Shown: positions 1-14,239 of the stretch, one piece after another
Layout: each line of letters begins with the position of its first letter
Numbering within the stretch: position 1 is the first letter of the stretch
Assembly (NCBI GenBank): GCA_964016885.1
Contig: OZ024744.1
Coordinates: 55,180,001 to 55,244,000, forward strand
DNA from: Eledone cirrhosa
Lineage: Eukaryota
Direction: 5' to 3'
DNA length: 64,000 nucleotides
Made by a program: the position numbers and the translations under genes
The notes under the pieces: model-generated
What the model was told of the DNA's origin: nothing
Databases searched by the model: none
The model's input: only the letters and a program-made list of their open reading frames with translations

Positions 1-830
1 TTCAAAGTTCCTCTAGTTCTGACAGTGAGGTCGCTGACTACTAGGCTCTGTTGGGAGGTACATTCCTCACCCAGGAAAGCTTTTGTGTTTACAATCATCC
101 ATCTATCTCGTCCTCTGGTAAGGATAAAATCTATCTGACTAGAATGCTCCCCAGATCTATAGGTGATCAGGTGGTTGTCGGGTTTTTTTAAGTTTATATT
201 ACATATCGACGTCATTCATGTCACAGAATTCTAGAAGCCTGTAACCTTATTCATTTCTTGTGCCAAACCCGTAGCCTCCATGGACTCTGTAGAAGCCATT
301 ACTGTTTCCCAACGTGTCTGTTAAAGTCCCCTGCAATGAGTAGGATGTCATTGTCATTCGTTAGAGTGGTAGTGTGCATTAGGGACTCATAAAACTTATC
401 CTTGAGTTCGTCTGGCAACCCCGATTGGCGTGCGTATGCAGATATAATTGAAGTTATTGTTTTATTCAGGACTAGTCTGAGTTTACTGATTCTCACATTC
501 ACCCTGTTCACTGAGATTACCTTATCTACCCATTTGTCAACTAATAGTATACCTACACCGCCCAACCCATTGTCATTTCCCATCAAAAAAATTTGTAGCA
601 CTGTTTTTTGCCAATGAGGAGCCTAGCAGACTCTCCTCTCCATCTAGTCTCTTGTACACAACATACATCAATTTCCTTTTGCTCTAACATCTCTACAATT
701 TCTCCTGTTCTTCCTTTCATTGTGCTCACATTGATGGTTCCAATTCAGAATTTTAGGAGTTTAATGTCAATGGTGGTGGGGGCGGGGAGTGCTTTCTGTA
801 TCTGAATTAAGGATTCATATGGTCGCCTGA
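1..830 (-). mobile_element. RTE-clade LINE, APE endonuclease region (degenerate)
   Basis: ORF 299-601: GVGILLVDKW..IISAYARQSG..DKFYE..IAGDFNRHVG. Confidence 0.85.
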
Positions 831-3329
831 AACGTGTGGGTTCATATTTATTCAAAGTTGTTACATCATCTTCAGATCATCCATATATAATGATAGACAA
901 AGATTTCTTGAGAGGAGGATCGTTAAGAAAGATAACTAGTAGTAGGCTTTGCTGCTGTGGGTGATGGATGAAGGTATGTTGTGGTTTGATTGTCAGTGAG
1001 TCTATGGTGGTGTGTAGGGTGGGTGGGATTGAAAATGTGAGATAAGTAAGTATATGTACGTATTAGTCTCTAGGAGAATCGAGAATTGTAGGGATAAATA
1101 CATTGAGCTCTGAGAAAATCTAGAAGTCTCTCTGTCTATGGACAGCTAATATAGATGAACTATACATACATTATAGATGGAATAAAATATACTGACTTGC
1201 TTCATTGCTTGAAGAATGAATGTAGAGGGAGAGTCCGCATGGTGATCGAGGTGAATAGAAAATAGAAAAACAATATATGTGTGTGTGTGTATGGAAAAGG
1301 CAAACAGAAATAACAAAGCAAACAACACAGTACAATGAAGAAATATGTTATTAGTTTTACACTTGATATAGTAAGAAAAGATTCTTAATGGTTTGGACGC
1401 GTGGCTCATGGCTATGCTGGGGCATCACATTCAAAGTATTTAGTCAATGATACTGACTGTAGTGTTTATTTATTTTCAAACTCTGGTACTTATTTTATCA
1501 ATCCCTATTTGTCGAACCACATGACAGAATATAAAAAAAAACAGTAAACCTACACACATATACATAAACCACAAGCTTCTACTCAGTTTCTATCTACCAA
1601 ATTTCACTCACAATTCATTGTTATAGTAAATTCCAAGGTTAAAGAACAGACATGGACAACCTTTTTCACGCAGTGGGTCACATAGGATGTGGCTCATCAT
1701 AAGGCAGCCCGCACAACTAAAAAATTCAAGGACATTTTGAAATGAGGCGTGCCATTCAAAAAGCCAAACAGCTATAAAAGAAGACACTTGCCCAAGGTAG
1801 TCAGACTGAATCTAAAACTAAATGGTCATAAAGCCAACTCCATACAGCCATGCCTCTATATTTTGGATAAAATTTCATAAACATGTTACTGAAGAAAAAC
1901 ATAATCACTTAATCCTTTTAATATGTTACCACCTGAAAACTCCCATTGTTCTATACAACCATGTTCTAAACACCAACTTAATAATGAGAAAGTTAATTAT
2001 ATTTCTAAATCCCTCAAAATTCTTGATTATTTTCAAAATAATTTGGAAACCATAAGCAGTGTCTTTCACTAGAAATTTAAACATAAATTATAACTAGAAT
2101 AGGTACCATGGCTTTTCATATTCCACATTCTCCATGAATTAATTCTAATGCTAGCTTCCTTGGCACAAAGCCATATATTTTTGGAGAACTATAGTAATAA
2201 TAGTTTATAATTTAAGTATAATGCTAGCAATTTAAGGGTAGGGGCTTAAAAAGGTCTGTCACAAGCCAACAGGCTAATCAGGTTGGATCTTATCCAGGTT
2301 TCATTGGCGTTAAGCAACTGATGGTACAAGACTCTCCTCTGTATAGGACACCAGTTAATCACAATGTATATAGTGTATATATATATATATATAGTTAATA
2401 GTATGAATATTATAGCTTTAGTCTACTACAAGACTAGGGTTTATCCCAGTTTCATTGATATTAAGTAACAGAGTACAAGAGTCTCTCATGGACAGGATAC
2501 CAATCAATCACATGACTAACCACCAGCTTTCTCTGCAAGAAATTTGCTGTACTCAGGCCTGGAGAGGGATGGGCTCCACCAGGCTTAAAATTCCCAAGAA
2601 ACACCATATGTCAATACAGCACCCCTACAACTCTATCAGGAGTTACAAGACCATACATACAAAGATTCTACTAATCCACTGCTCTGAGCTATAGTAATAA
2701 TGGTTTATAGTTTAAGCACATTGCTAACTATATGGGGGTAGAGATAAATCTATTAAATTGACTGGCACATATTTTATCAAGCTCCAGAAAGATAAAAGAC
2801 AAAGTTGACCTTGGTGAAATAAATACCTATCTACGGTTTCAGTCAATCTACCATATACATATTAATAGTATAAAATTATCACAATTTTACATCCATTTTC
2901 AATGTTAGCTTTGGTTGTATGGATCATCACAATACTAGGCATGACAGCATGGAAAACTATGTCTTGCTTGCACATACATTCTATTTTTGACATGATTTCT
3001 ACTGCTGGACACCCTTCATAACATCAACCATTTTACTGGGTACATTTCATCATGGCACCAGCAATACCACTTTACAGAGTGTAGAGGGTGTAATTTATCT
3101 TAGCACCAGCACTTCCACTTTACAGAATGTACTGTATATTTGTATTTATATTTATAAATTGATGACAAAAATAAATTACTAAAGTAATTCAAATTCATTT
3201 TATGCAGCAAATTCTTACTAGTCACCTCTCCACCTACTTTTTATCTAGTAATTAAAGAGAGAGAGAGGAGGAGATGAAAGTACTGCCAACCCTCAGGAAT
3301 ACATATATTTATAGCAGGAGCTGATGAGT

Positions 3330-4930
3330 TTGTGGGGTCTTAAAGTCAACTTTGCCAAGTTGACTTTAAGACCACAAAGTCCTGATCCCTTCATTGAAAT
3401 GGCCTTACTCGGTGTGCAGGAAAGGAGTAAGTAGAAATTCCATCCTATATCCCAAATGCAATCTATAGGTACACAAGAGCCGTAGAGGGATCTCAAGAAG
3501 GTTAGCAAAGTACATAGGTTTTATAGGTGGTAGAAACACAGAAATAAGCAGCAAGTTCTCACAGGAAACAAGCTCTATCAAATTCTTAGAGGGTTCCATA
3601 GAAATAATTGATAGCTTCTGTTACCTGGGTGACAAATTAACAGTGGAGGTGGGTGTCCTGAAAGTACAGTAGCCAGAGTGAAGATGAGGTGGAAAAAGTT
3701 CAGGGAACTACTACTGCTGCTAGCTACAAAAGATTGTTTCCTGAAAATGAAAAGTAGATTGTATAATGCTTGTGTACAAACAGCAATGCTGCATGGGAGT
3801 GAGACCTGGGTACTGTATGCAGAGGACTTATGAAGATTGCATGCTTTGATGCATGAACAGCAATAAACTGAGCATAAAAGGGGTCAGATTCAATGTGTAA
3901 GAGAGGATATCGTGGTGATATGGACATGAGATGACAGCTATATAAAAAGGTGCAGGGTGTTGAGATGACAGCTATATAAAAAGGTGCAGGGTGTTCAAAG
4001 TTGATAAAAGCAATGGAAGAGGAAGACCTAGAAAAGTTTGTGATGAAATAATAAAAGCTGACTTTGCCCAATTAAACCTCTCAAAGGAGATGACACAAGA
4101 TTGAGATATCTAGCATTATGCTGTACTGCAGAAAACAAGTGTAGAGGACACTATTCTGCACCAATACCCCCCCCCACACACACACACACAAACCCCATAC
4201 CCACCAGCTAAATATCCCACTCACCTCATCCATATCCAATTTGCATACTCTATCCCCTCCCCACCTTCCACACTCCTGACGTACCTCTCCGTCCTGTCCA
4301 ACCCATGCATACATGTATGGAAAGCTGGACACATTCCATATCTGCTCTCCCACAATAAATAAGCACTTTGTCCACCCTGTATAGCGATATGGTACAACAA
4401 ATGCACCCAGTCCACCCTATAAGGTGGTCACTGGTACCATGAAAGAAGGCAGCACCCAATCAACTCTGTAAGGTGGTTGTGCTGGTGATACAAGAGGCTC
4501 CCAATCCACCCTGTATAACAGTTGTACTGGTGACATGAGAAAGAAAAGCACCGTCCACTTTATGTGACCATGCTGGTAACATGTCAGAAACCATCCAGAT
4601 CACTCTGTTAGATGGTTGTGCTAGTGACACGACAAAAAGCGCCCAGTCCACACTGTAAGGTGGTTGTGTTGGTGATGACAAAGGCCAGCCAGTCCAACCT
4701 ATTAAATGGTCGTTTTGGTGCCATGATAAAAAGTCCCCAATCCACACTGTAATGTGTTTGGCATTAGAAAGGGCATCCAGTCGTAGAAACCAAGCCAAAA
4801 TACAGATTCGTATGAGCAAGACATAGTCAGCTGACCTGATTTGCCTCATAATGTGATAACCCATCTAATCCATGTAAGCATGGATAATGGACATTAAACG
4901 ATAATAAAGACGATGATGATGATGATGATA
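3330..4930 (+). mobile_element. RTE LINE 3' portion: PHD-like insert, C-terminus, 48-bp repeat array, (GAT)n tail
   Basis: Homologous to 29145-30530. Tail reads ggcatccag..ccatg..gcatgga..gatgatgat. Confidence 0.85.
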
Positions 4931-5289
4931 AAGCTCCTGACTGAAAAGTTTATGTGAACCTTTGCTTATTATTAAATGGCAGCAAAAAAAAATTAATTTG
5001 TGGCTTCCAATTGTAGTACAGTCACTACTATGCCCTACAATCTGTCACTGGTTTATCGTACTATACATCTTCATTTAACAAGAGAGATTAATTAATAACT
5101 TGAAGATTATTCTAAAGCGGATTGAATATTTATGCTAGAACAGTGTATATTTGAAGCTTTAAGGTAGATATAACCATTGTATTTTCTTTTATTAGAAGAT
5201 TTAGATGTGAATAGAATAAACTTGTGAAGTGTAAACACTTTTAACTGTTCTTCTGTACACAGAAAATGGTAGTTATATCTACCATATAT

Positions 5290-7110
5290 TCAAAATGGAT
5301 GGGCAGAAATTCCATATAGTGCACTCAGTGTAATATATGGACACACAAGACATGTAGTGCGATTGCAGGTAGGTTAATCCTTGAGATAGACTTTGTATGT
5401 GGCAGATACACAGAAGTAAGCTCTTAGAGTATATGTGAAATAAATACCCTGTTGTTAGGGATATTCCTTAGAAGTGGTTGACAGCTTTTGTTACCTAGAC
5501 CTTCCCATGCTCATGGGCTCAAACATACATCTAGTAAGCACCTCTTAACCACTATACCTTCTGTACAGCACTCCCGTGCCCCAACAGCTACCCACCCACT
5601 ACTGATCACACCACCCTTACGCTGTAAAGTTATGTTAGTATGACCACAAAAAAGCATCTCTAAAGTGGTTGTGTAGGTGTCACGACAAAAAGCAGCCCAC
5701 CCACACTGTAAAGTATTTGTGTAGGTGTCATGACAAAAAGCAGCCAGCCCACACTGTAAAATGGTCATGTAGGTGTCACGACAAAAAATACCTAATACAC
5801 ACTGTAAAGTGGTTGTGTAGGTGTCATGACAAAAAGCACCCAGTACATACTATATATGTGGTTGGCATTAGGAAAGGCATCCAGCTGTAGAAATCAAGCC
5901 AGAAACAGTTCTATACGATCAAGATACGGTCACCTGACCCAACTTGCTTCTAAAGAGACAACCCATCAAACCCATACTAGCATGGAAAATGTTACATTAA
6001 ACGTTGATGATGATGATGATGATGTTACCTAATCAGCAGTGTGGAAAGATGCTTTGAAAGTGTGACAGTCAGTGTAAGAATAAGCTGGAAGAGATTTAGG
6101 GAGCTAATATCTCTGCTGACAACAAAGGGCTTCTCTTTCAGAGTGAAGTGTAAACTGTATGATGCCTGAGTGTAAACTGCAATACTACATGACAGTGAAA
6201 CATGGGCCTTGACTGCAGAAAACCTGTGAAAGCTGGAAAGAGCAAGTATGCTCCAATGGATTTGTAATGTTAGTGTACATGAACAACATAGTATAAGTCA
6301 GTGAGAGAAAAACTTGGCATAAGAGGAATTGGATGCAGTGTGCAATGGTATGGATATGAGATGAATATGGAAGATGGCAGTTGCATAAAGAAATGAAGGG
6401 ACATCTCACCACACTTGCCACACATCCATAACTTCATACTTATCTTCCTTCTCCTCTTGCCCTACAATCTCCACAGAGTAGAGAGGTCTCTTCAGTTGGG
6501 ACAATAAGCAACCATCTCTCTATTGCTGATGCCATGAAAATGTACCCAGCACAATCTGTAAAGTGGTTGGCAATAGGAAGGGCACACCACTGTAGAAACT
6601 ATGTCTAAAAAGGTTGAGAGGATGCTTCAGTTGTATCAAGGACATGACAACCTTCTTAGTGTAGGTGCTCTACCCAATAAATGCATCCAGTACACATAAA
6701 ATGGTTGTTGATAGGAAGGGCATCAAGCCTAGATGGCTTGTCAAACAAAGGGTTGAGAGGATACTTCAGTTGTGTCAAGGACATGACAACCTTCTTAGTG
6801 TAGATGATCTACATGATAAATGCATCCAGTACATGCTGTAAAGTGGTTAGTGATAAGAAAGGCATCCAGAAAGTTTACCAAACAGAAGGTTGAGAGGATC
6901 TTTCAATTGTATGAAAAATATGAGAACCTCTCTAGTATTGGTGTCACGATAGAACGCACCTGGTAGAACGTGGGATTGTATATAAGCAAAATGTGGACCT
7001 CCAGTCTGCCTGGGAGGTCAGTAGCCTTGCTTCAGTACTGACTCAGTCTGTGAAGATCCATCTAAGCCTTCCTAGCAGGAAAAGTGGATGTTAAATGATG
7101 ATGATGATGC
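5290..7110 (+). mobile_element. Cluster of RTE fragments and tails (5290-6025, 6030-6400, 6480-7110)
   Basis: Repeated 48-bp units, ggaagggcatcc blocks and (GAT)n ends. LYDA/ETWAL-type coding remnants. Confidence 0.8.
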
Positions 7111-7139
7111 TGATGGTAATTTATGTACATATACATATA

Positions 7140-7980
7140 TATTGGGCACACTGAAAAGTGGATCATGTGAAACTGTAGAGTTGCTTGAGAGACAATGAGT
7201 GGATGTTTGCTGTATTCATAAGGTGAGATGGAGATGTGCCTCTGCATCTCACAGGCAAGCCATGTAGATTCAAGCTGTTCTGGGTAGGTAATGATGATGG
7301 AGTAGGTGGAATAGGCATTCTACTAGCTGAGAAGTTGGTAGATAAAGTAATCGAGTAGAGTAAGTGATAGAATTATAAAATTTAGATTAGTCATAGGCAA
7401 TAGAATGATAACAATTATCTCTAGCTATGCACCACAAACAGACTAAGGAACAAAAGGACTGTTTTTATGGACAACCTCAGTTACTGATGACAGAGACATT
7501 ATCATCCTAGCAGATGACTTCATATGACATGTTAGACAACACAGGAATGGCTACACTAGTGTACACAGTGGCTCCAGAAATGAAGAGGGAATGAGGGTCC
7601 TGGAATTCTGTGATGCAAATGATCTAACCATTTGCAACATGAAATCAGCCAGCCTCCTGATAACCTACCAATCAAGTGGACACACAAGCCAGATTGATTT
7701 TGTACTTGTTAGAAAACAAGATAGATAAATTGATAGAAATGTTAAAACCTTCCCTAGAGAAGAATGCACTGTCAAACGTTAATTAGTTAATAGTGACAGC
7801 AGAATAAGCTCAGGACAGAAAGGGAAACACGGGAAAAAGTTGAGGAGGTGAATTTAAAGGTCCTCTCCATTAAGTATAGGTTCGAGAAAGCTTTGAAAGG
7901 CATATGATAAGAAAGATGAGTTAGACACATACGACATAGAGGACAATTGGAGGTTGCTGTGTGATAACCTACAACAGATT
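7140..7980 (+). mobile_element. RTE APE endonuclease fragment
   Basis: Homologous to the reverse complement of 1-830 (GVGGIGILLAEKLVDKV, YAPQ, ADDF, RNEEGMRVLEFCDAN). Confidence 0.8.
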
Positions 7981-8454
7981 ACTTCTCTATGTACCATTTT
8001 CACCAAGGGTCAGTGATTAGTGCAAAGATAGGTGGGGGTGGGATTAAAGACATAATATAGTTGACGAGAGGAGGAGAAATGAGTGTATCAGGAGTTCCTG
8101 ATGGTAGCATGAGACCAGCAAGCTCTGAGGAGCAGAGCTCATTGTAGTAGTGGTAGCAGAGATAGAGGGAATAGACAGAATATCTGTTGGCTACACTATG
8201 TTATCTGTGTTTGTTCAAGGCAAATGTGACCAAAGGGGATGGACAGAAGAAAGAATGAGAGGAGAACCAGAGCAGGAAGATGGGAGGACTGAGTGTATGC
8301 GTACGATAGAAGACACAGGGATAGACACAAAAGAATGTTAAGAGGGAATAATGGAAGGAAGACAGTGATAAGCATCATGTTCCACCTGAAAATTGAACTC
8401 ATGACCAGCAGATAGATTAGCATACTTAAACAAAGGTTATATTGACTATGCTGT

Positions 8455-9045
8455 TATAGGGCGATCAAAATTGATGGCAGCTATGGAGTAGGAAGACCCA
8501 GGAAGACATGAGACAAGGTGATAAAAGCTGACCTTGCGCAATTGCACCATTCAAAGACAATGACACAGGATCTTTGGCGTTATGCAGTAATACAGAAGAC
8601 CCACTTTCTCTTGCACACGGACTCAAACATACATCCAGTAGGCACCTCTTAACCACTATACCTCCTTTCATACATCCTCACGCCCCTAGACCACCCTCCC
8701 ACTTCTGTCCACACCACCCTTACACTGTAAAGTTATGTTGGTATCACAAAGACATCAAGCCCACACAGTAAAGTGGTCGTGCAGCTGTCACGACGAAAAG
8801 CACCCAGCACCTGTAAAATGGTTGTGTAGGTGTCATGACAAAAAGCACCCAGCACACACTGTAAAGTGGTTATGTAGGTGTCACAACAAAAAGCACTCAG
8901 CACACACTGTAAATGTGGTTGGCATTAGGAAGGGCATCCAGCCAGAAACAGTCATGAACAAGACAAGGTCTCCTGACACGACTTGTCTCTAATGGGACAA
9001 CCTGTCTAGCCCATGCTAGCGTGGAAAATGGACGTTAAATGATGT
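8455..9045 (+). mobile_element. RTE 3' end with 48-bp repeat array
   Basis: GRPRKT-type C-terminus followed by repeat units and the conserved tail. Confidence 0.85.
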
Positions 9046-9244
9046 GTGATGGAAATTACGAACTTTAAGCTTTTTTTTTAAGTTCTTATGTACAATGATT
9101 TTTCTTTCTTAATTAAAGACTCCTATATGGTGTTCATACCTATGCCCAGCCTACTGAGGAGGTTATCAGAACCAAATATATGTATTTATTATTTCAATTG
9201 TCTTATTTTCCAGTGCTGTTCCCTACCTATTATCTTGACTTTGT

Positions 9245-9432
9245 CAAGCGCGGTGAATTGACAGTATTGGTAGAGGGTTGGACGCTATTCTTTCCAGCAG
9301 AGTTACGTCCCTTTACGGTCTGAGTTCAAATCCCGTCGAGGCTAACTTTGCCTTTCATCCTTACGGGGTCGATAAAATAAAGTACCAGTAATGTACTGGG
9401 TAATTGCTGGCCTTGTGCCAAAAGTAGAAACA
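9245..9432 (+). mobile_element. tRNA-headed SINE with Meta-like central domain, full length, with a 16-bp TSD
   Basis: B-box-like gagttcaaatccc; core tttgcctttcatccttacggggtcgataaaataaagtacc; TSD attatcttgactttgt at 9229-9244 and 9433-9448. Related copies at ~11560-11685, 15170-15330, 18436-18564, 32700-32900, 52380-52520, 57135-57270, 60050-60240. Confidence 0.9.
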
Positions 9433-10074
9433 ATTATCTTGACTTTGTTCCACAAAGGTTGGTAATTCTCGTTTTTCTCCCAAATAATCTTTTTTTTAAA
9501 CTATCTAGAAATGCTTATTTGATTTTCTTGGGGGAAATGAAAGAAATGATGATACAGAAAATAAATAACTGCAATGATAATTTACCATGGATAATGGAAG
9601 TGGAAAAATACACAAAAAATGTTTAGGTTTGGAAGAGTTATACCATCATGAAAACTAAAATTCAAAAGCAGTTGAATAAAGCTGGAAAATGTGGAAATCT
9701 GCTGGACCAGATCTTGTACAGTTACTGGTTTGGAGAGTTTAGAATTCTCTATGAAACCATTGTAATAAAAAGGAGTTGGCCCATTGGCAGCAATAGATGG
9801 GGAGAGGGGTGCAGCAATAGATAGCACTGTCCCACCCCACCCCTGCTTTTCAATGGTGCACCCTCGGATTTAGAATAGAATTTATTTAAAAAAAGTCATG
9901 AAATCATCCTTTGTGAAATGTTCTGAAACTCCCACTCCTACCCACTGAGCACCAAAACCTGGTGACAGCTATGATGTAAAGGTGTCTGTATCAAAGGAGG
10001 ATGGAGAATTGTGGTTAACTAAAGGGAGAAGGTGAATGTAAACCTTGCCTTTAATAACAAGAATGTGTGTGAAA

Positions 10075-10470
10075 CATATACATGTACACCAGGTCTGAAC
10101 TCAAAGGAACCAAACTCCTACTGTCACTGCCTCTGTCTCTCCTGCTCTCCCCATCTCTCACTATTATGAGAAAATGGGGGCCCACGCACTGGCAACCCCG
10201 CAGCCCTGGCGGACAGAATAGAGAAGGCGTTTCCCCATAGGATGGTGAGGGAGATGTACTGGAAGAGCTATTCCAGCTGGCGAGGCTCACAGCTGCAGGT
10301 AGCCAACTCTGTGCCAATGGCAGTGAGTAGTAGGGAGGTGGCCCTAGGGGCCAAAGACACCAGAAGTCTCCACTGTTACAGGCTCAACCGCAAACCTATC
10401 AGAGAGCGACCAATATTTGGAAAGTTTATCCTCCTCAGCCTGAAGTGCAGCAGAGCCTGGGTTAGGAAGA
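10075..10470 (-). mobile_element. Second, 5'-truncated copy of the CRE-like element (3' end)
   Basis: Reverse complement aligns by eye with ~28270-28648, including the 3' UTR gagtttggttc..ttcagacctggtgtacatg. Confidence 0.85.
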
Positions 10471-13400
10471 ATGTGCTTCATATTGGAAGACATATACTGT
10501 TTATTGGAGAAATATCCTATGGTGTCTGCCTTTATTTGTGGCTCTAAGCATGTATATAATGTCCTTACTGGTTAATCCAGGTATAGGTAAAAGGATAAGA
10601 GTTGTTGCTGTCTACTACTTTGATCATTGGAGGACATGTAGAGAAGATAGACCTGTCTGCAAATAGGGCTGCTTCTCAGAACCAATTGAAAGTACTGGCA
10701 AATTGTGCAGTCACACAGAGCACCATGTCATCTGTTTCAGACCTTACAAATATATGAAAAATGTAGAAAATAATATATAAAATGAAAATTTTTTTTAAAT
10801 GTTCAAAATTCCTTGACATTTGTTATATCTGCAGGATACCATCATGTTGAATGGAGGATGTGTTGGGACCTTCTGCATCTGCTTGCAAGAAACATAATGA
10901 AAATTAAAAGCACATGAAAGTAGACCTACATATTTTAAAGATAAGCATCGATTGATGCTACTGACTTCTAGAACATGGGTGATACCCAAAGAAAAAGAAA
11001 TATATTCAATAATAAAAAATATATATTCTAAATTTTTACAAAAATGTCATGTTTCATAGGTATGTTTTAGTATAGATTTTAATATATATATTTAAAACTA
11101 GATGAGGCTTCATGCACTATGAGGACCTACAAGGTTGGGTAAGTCATTTTCAAACCCTAAGCACTCATAAGATTATGGTGTGTGTTACCCATTCTCATCC
11201 ATAAAACCTGCAAAACATTTTTTTAAGGAATGGCTAATTTGAATAAAATGGTGCTGCTCCTTCTGTGATTACCGAACAATGTGCTTATTTTGCTTAATGG
11301 TTAATCAAGACTTGGTCCTGGCCTGTAGCCAGCGTGACCCATAAGTAAATCTGGTACCGCTACCACCTCTGCCTTCTAACAAATAATGACATTACAAAAG
11401 ACAAGGTTTCAGTAAAAAGCAGTACATCCAGATTTCTAGTAATCCTCAGATCAGAAATATACTCAGAATCATAGCAAATTTTCGACTCTGCTAAAGGTAC
11501 CCAAAGACCAAGTGATGATGTTAAATCAGGTATTTCTGATCTTCATTATATTTTTGCCCTTGCCATTCTGAGTTCAAATCCCGCCGGGGTTAAACTTTGC
11601 CTTTCATCCTTACGGAGTCGATAAAATAAAGTACCAGTAATGCACTGGAATAATTGCTGGCCTTGTGCCAAAAGTAGAAACAATTATATTTTTTTATAAT
11701 AAATAACAAACAAACTCTTACTCAAATGCCTTACATTCTAAACGATATTAAAATAATGTCTTGTTCTAGTTCAGTAGTCCACAGGCAACAAGTGGGTCTT
11801 TGGAAGTGTTCTTTGTGGGCATCGGACCATTTCAAAATATTACGTGGAAGATATGATGAAACATACATGTAGGTTACGAGTAAAACTATTTAAAAAATAA
11901 ATAAAATGTGGGATATTGAGGTATTCTCCGAGGGTCGAGGACCTTTACAAATTAGATGTAAGATACGATATAGGCAACGCTAAAAAAAAATTAATTAAAA
12001 GTGGGTCATTACTAAAGTTGCTGATAAATGCCCTAGTTATTTCAACTGTCAACAATCCACACGTGTCCAAACTGATTATTAACCTCTACCCCCATATTCA
12101 CTCTTCTGATACCAAACCGCCTAGATTTGATATTTTAAAGTCTTTATATTTAATTCTATGTAAAAAGCTTTGTTACATTATTTCCAAACACCAGCTTAAT
12201 AATTAAAGAGTTCGTTATATTACTAAATCTTTTCAAATTTTAGAATATTTTGAAAAATAATTGAGAATAATAAGCACTATTTCATTATAAATATGGCAAC
12301 GAAAGTAGTGTTAAATCCACTTCTAAAACAGGAAAACATTCCGGCCATTCGATTGAAACAAGTTGAAATGTCTTCTCTAAATATCAGTGCAGAAATTAAA
12401 CAAATATTCTCTTTTTTCCTTCCCAATTTTCCCAACATTGTTGATATCGTTAATATAATTTATCTCCCAGTTTTTTTTTACATATATTTATTGCATCCTT
12501 TTGTATACTAGAATTAACATAATAGAAATAATTTGAAATTCGACAAAAATATTTGTATTAAAATTAATTGTTTTTACATTTAAGTTTATGTTTATAAAAG
12601 TTTATTACCTTTAAATTAGACAGAGAAATGTCAAAATGTACGCGAGAAGTCCTTATTACAAATGTCATTTTTTTAAACGATGACGTAAAGATGGAGATTA
12701 AATTTCACGGAATAAATTACATTTCTAACCTCACATGTTGTTTTGTTTGTATCTAACCTGTTGGCAATGTGATCTAATCTTCTTCCCGCGCTAATTTCAT
12801 CATTAACACTACGTTTTTATCCTTTTGTTTTCTTTTTGATTTGTTGTTATTTTTTTGCGATGTGAATAATTTAACGAAATATGTATTTTTATTCGTTTTG
12901 TTTTATAATAGATCGAAATATTTTTATATATAAATTAAAAATAACTATAATTAATAAAATTGAAATAAATTATAAAAAGAAGAAAAAGGGTCATGATTTC
13001 AAATCAACCTATATTTTCTTTTAATTTCAAAATACCTTTTGGATTTCTCTGGTTTAATTTCTTAGTGATATTAGATTAAATAAACTTAATTATTTTGACT
13101 TGGGGGCTGATTGAGACGAAAATTATTTAACTGTTTATCTAGGTCACGACAAATGGTTTCTTTCCAGTAACTATGGTATTCCGTAGAAGACGTTAGGTGG
13201 GCAATGTGAAGCGCAAAATAAATTTGAAATTATCTAAATTACAAACAAATGTTAGAATAATAACAACCAGAGACTCAATTTATTGTTTTCTTCAACAATG
13301 AATATTTCTTTTTATTATTAGAAACGATTGTTCAGTAACCAACAAAGCAATCATTATTATTAATCATTTTATTCTTGTAATTCCATCTTTTTTTTTTTAC

Positions 13401-14111
13401 TCAAATGTTACGTAAGTGTGTGCTACTTTTGCCTTCTACATATTTCATCAGCTTTGTTGCTATTCCTACAGTCTTGAAGACAATGTTGTCTATTGCACGA
13501 TATTCATGCTTACCAATGCCACGAAGGCCCCCGCCTCTTTCACATCATTCTTAAGTCCGCTCACAAACATTGCATTTTACAACAAATAAAAAAAGAAAGA
13601 AATCTTAGTAAAAGAAACAAAAAAAAATGCAATTAGTGGATGTTTTAAAGCGAATTAATACATTTATTTACTTGATTATTTAAAATATTTACTACTATAA
13701 CAAACTGTTAAACGTTGATGATGGCAACATTTTATGTTTATATCGGTTTTTATGATAGTGCATGCCGTGCCACATTAAGTAGCCACGGACAAACATGGGA
13801 TTATATTTCCCAGCTTATCATTATGAGTTAGTTTCGTCACTGTTAACTCCTCGGTCTTCTGGTCCCAGGATGTTAATCGGTGAGGTAGGATGTGTTTACT
13901 TCTTTAGTGGGTCAAAACAAGCCACACGCTTCGTATAAGCGCACACACGTGTACATATATATGTGTATATAATTTTACTGGTTTCTGTCAGTAGACTGCG
14001 GCCATACGAAAGCACCGCCTATACATACAATACACATATATGTATATGTGTATATATATAGAGAGAGATATTTAGCTTTTAAAAAATCAGATAGATATTG
14101 CTTCCTGGTCC

Positions 14112-14190
<79 letters not shown>

Positions 14191-14239
14191 ATGGACGGCA
14201 GATGGAGGTCCAGTAAATATTACGTTATGTGCAACCTCG

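Noticed and set aside
5620-5870. 48-bp repeat array as a CRISPR-like locus or a Cys/His-rich repeat protein (CRCHDKK..)
   Set aside because: There are no unique spacers and no cas genes. The units are part of a dispersed LINE 3' UTR, and the ORF results from a unit length divisible by 3.
9245-9340. tRNA gene
   Set aside because: Only box-like motifs are present with no cloverleaf. It is the head of a multi-copy SINE.
13400-13575. Short minus-strand open frame (CERGGGLRGIGKHEYRAIDN..) as an exon
   Set aside because: It is bounded by stops, has no convincing splice sites and shows no recognisable homology.
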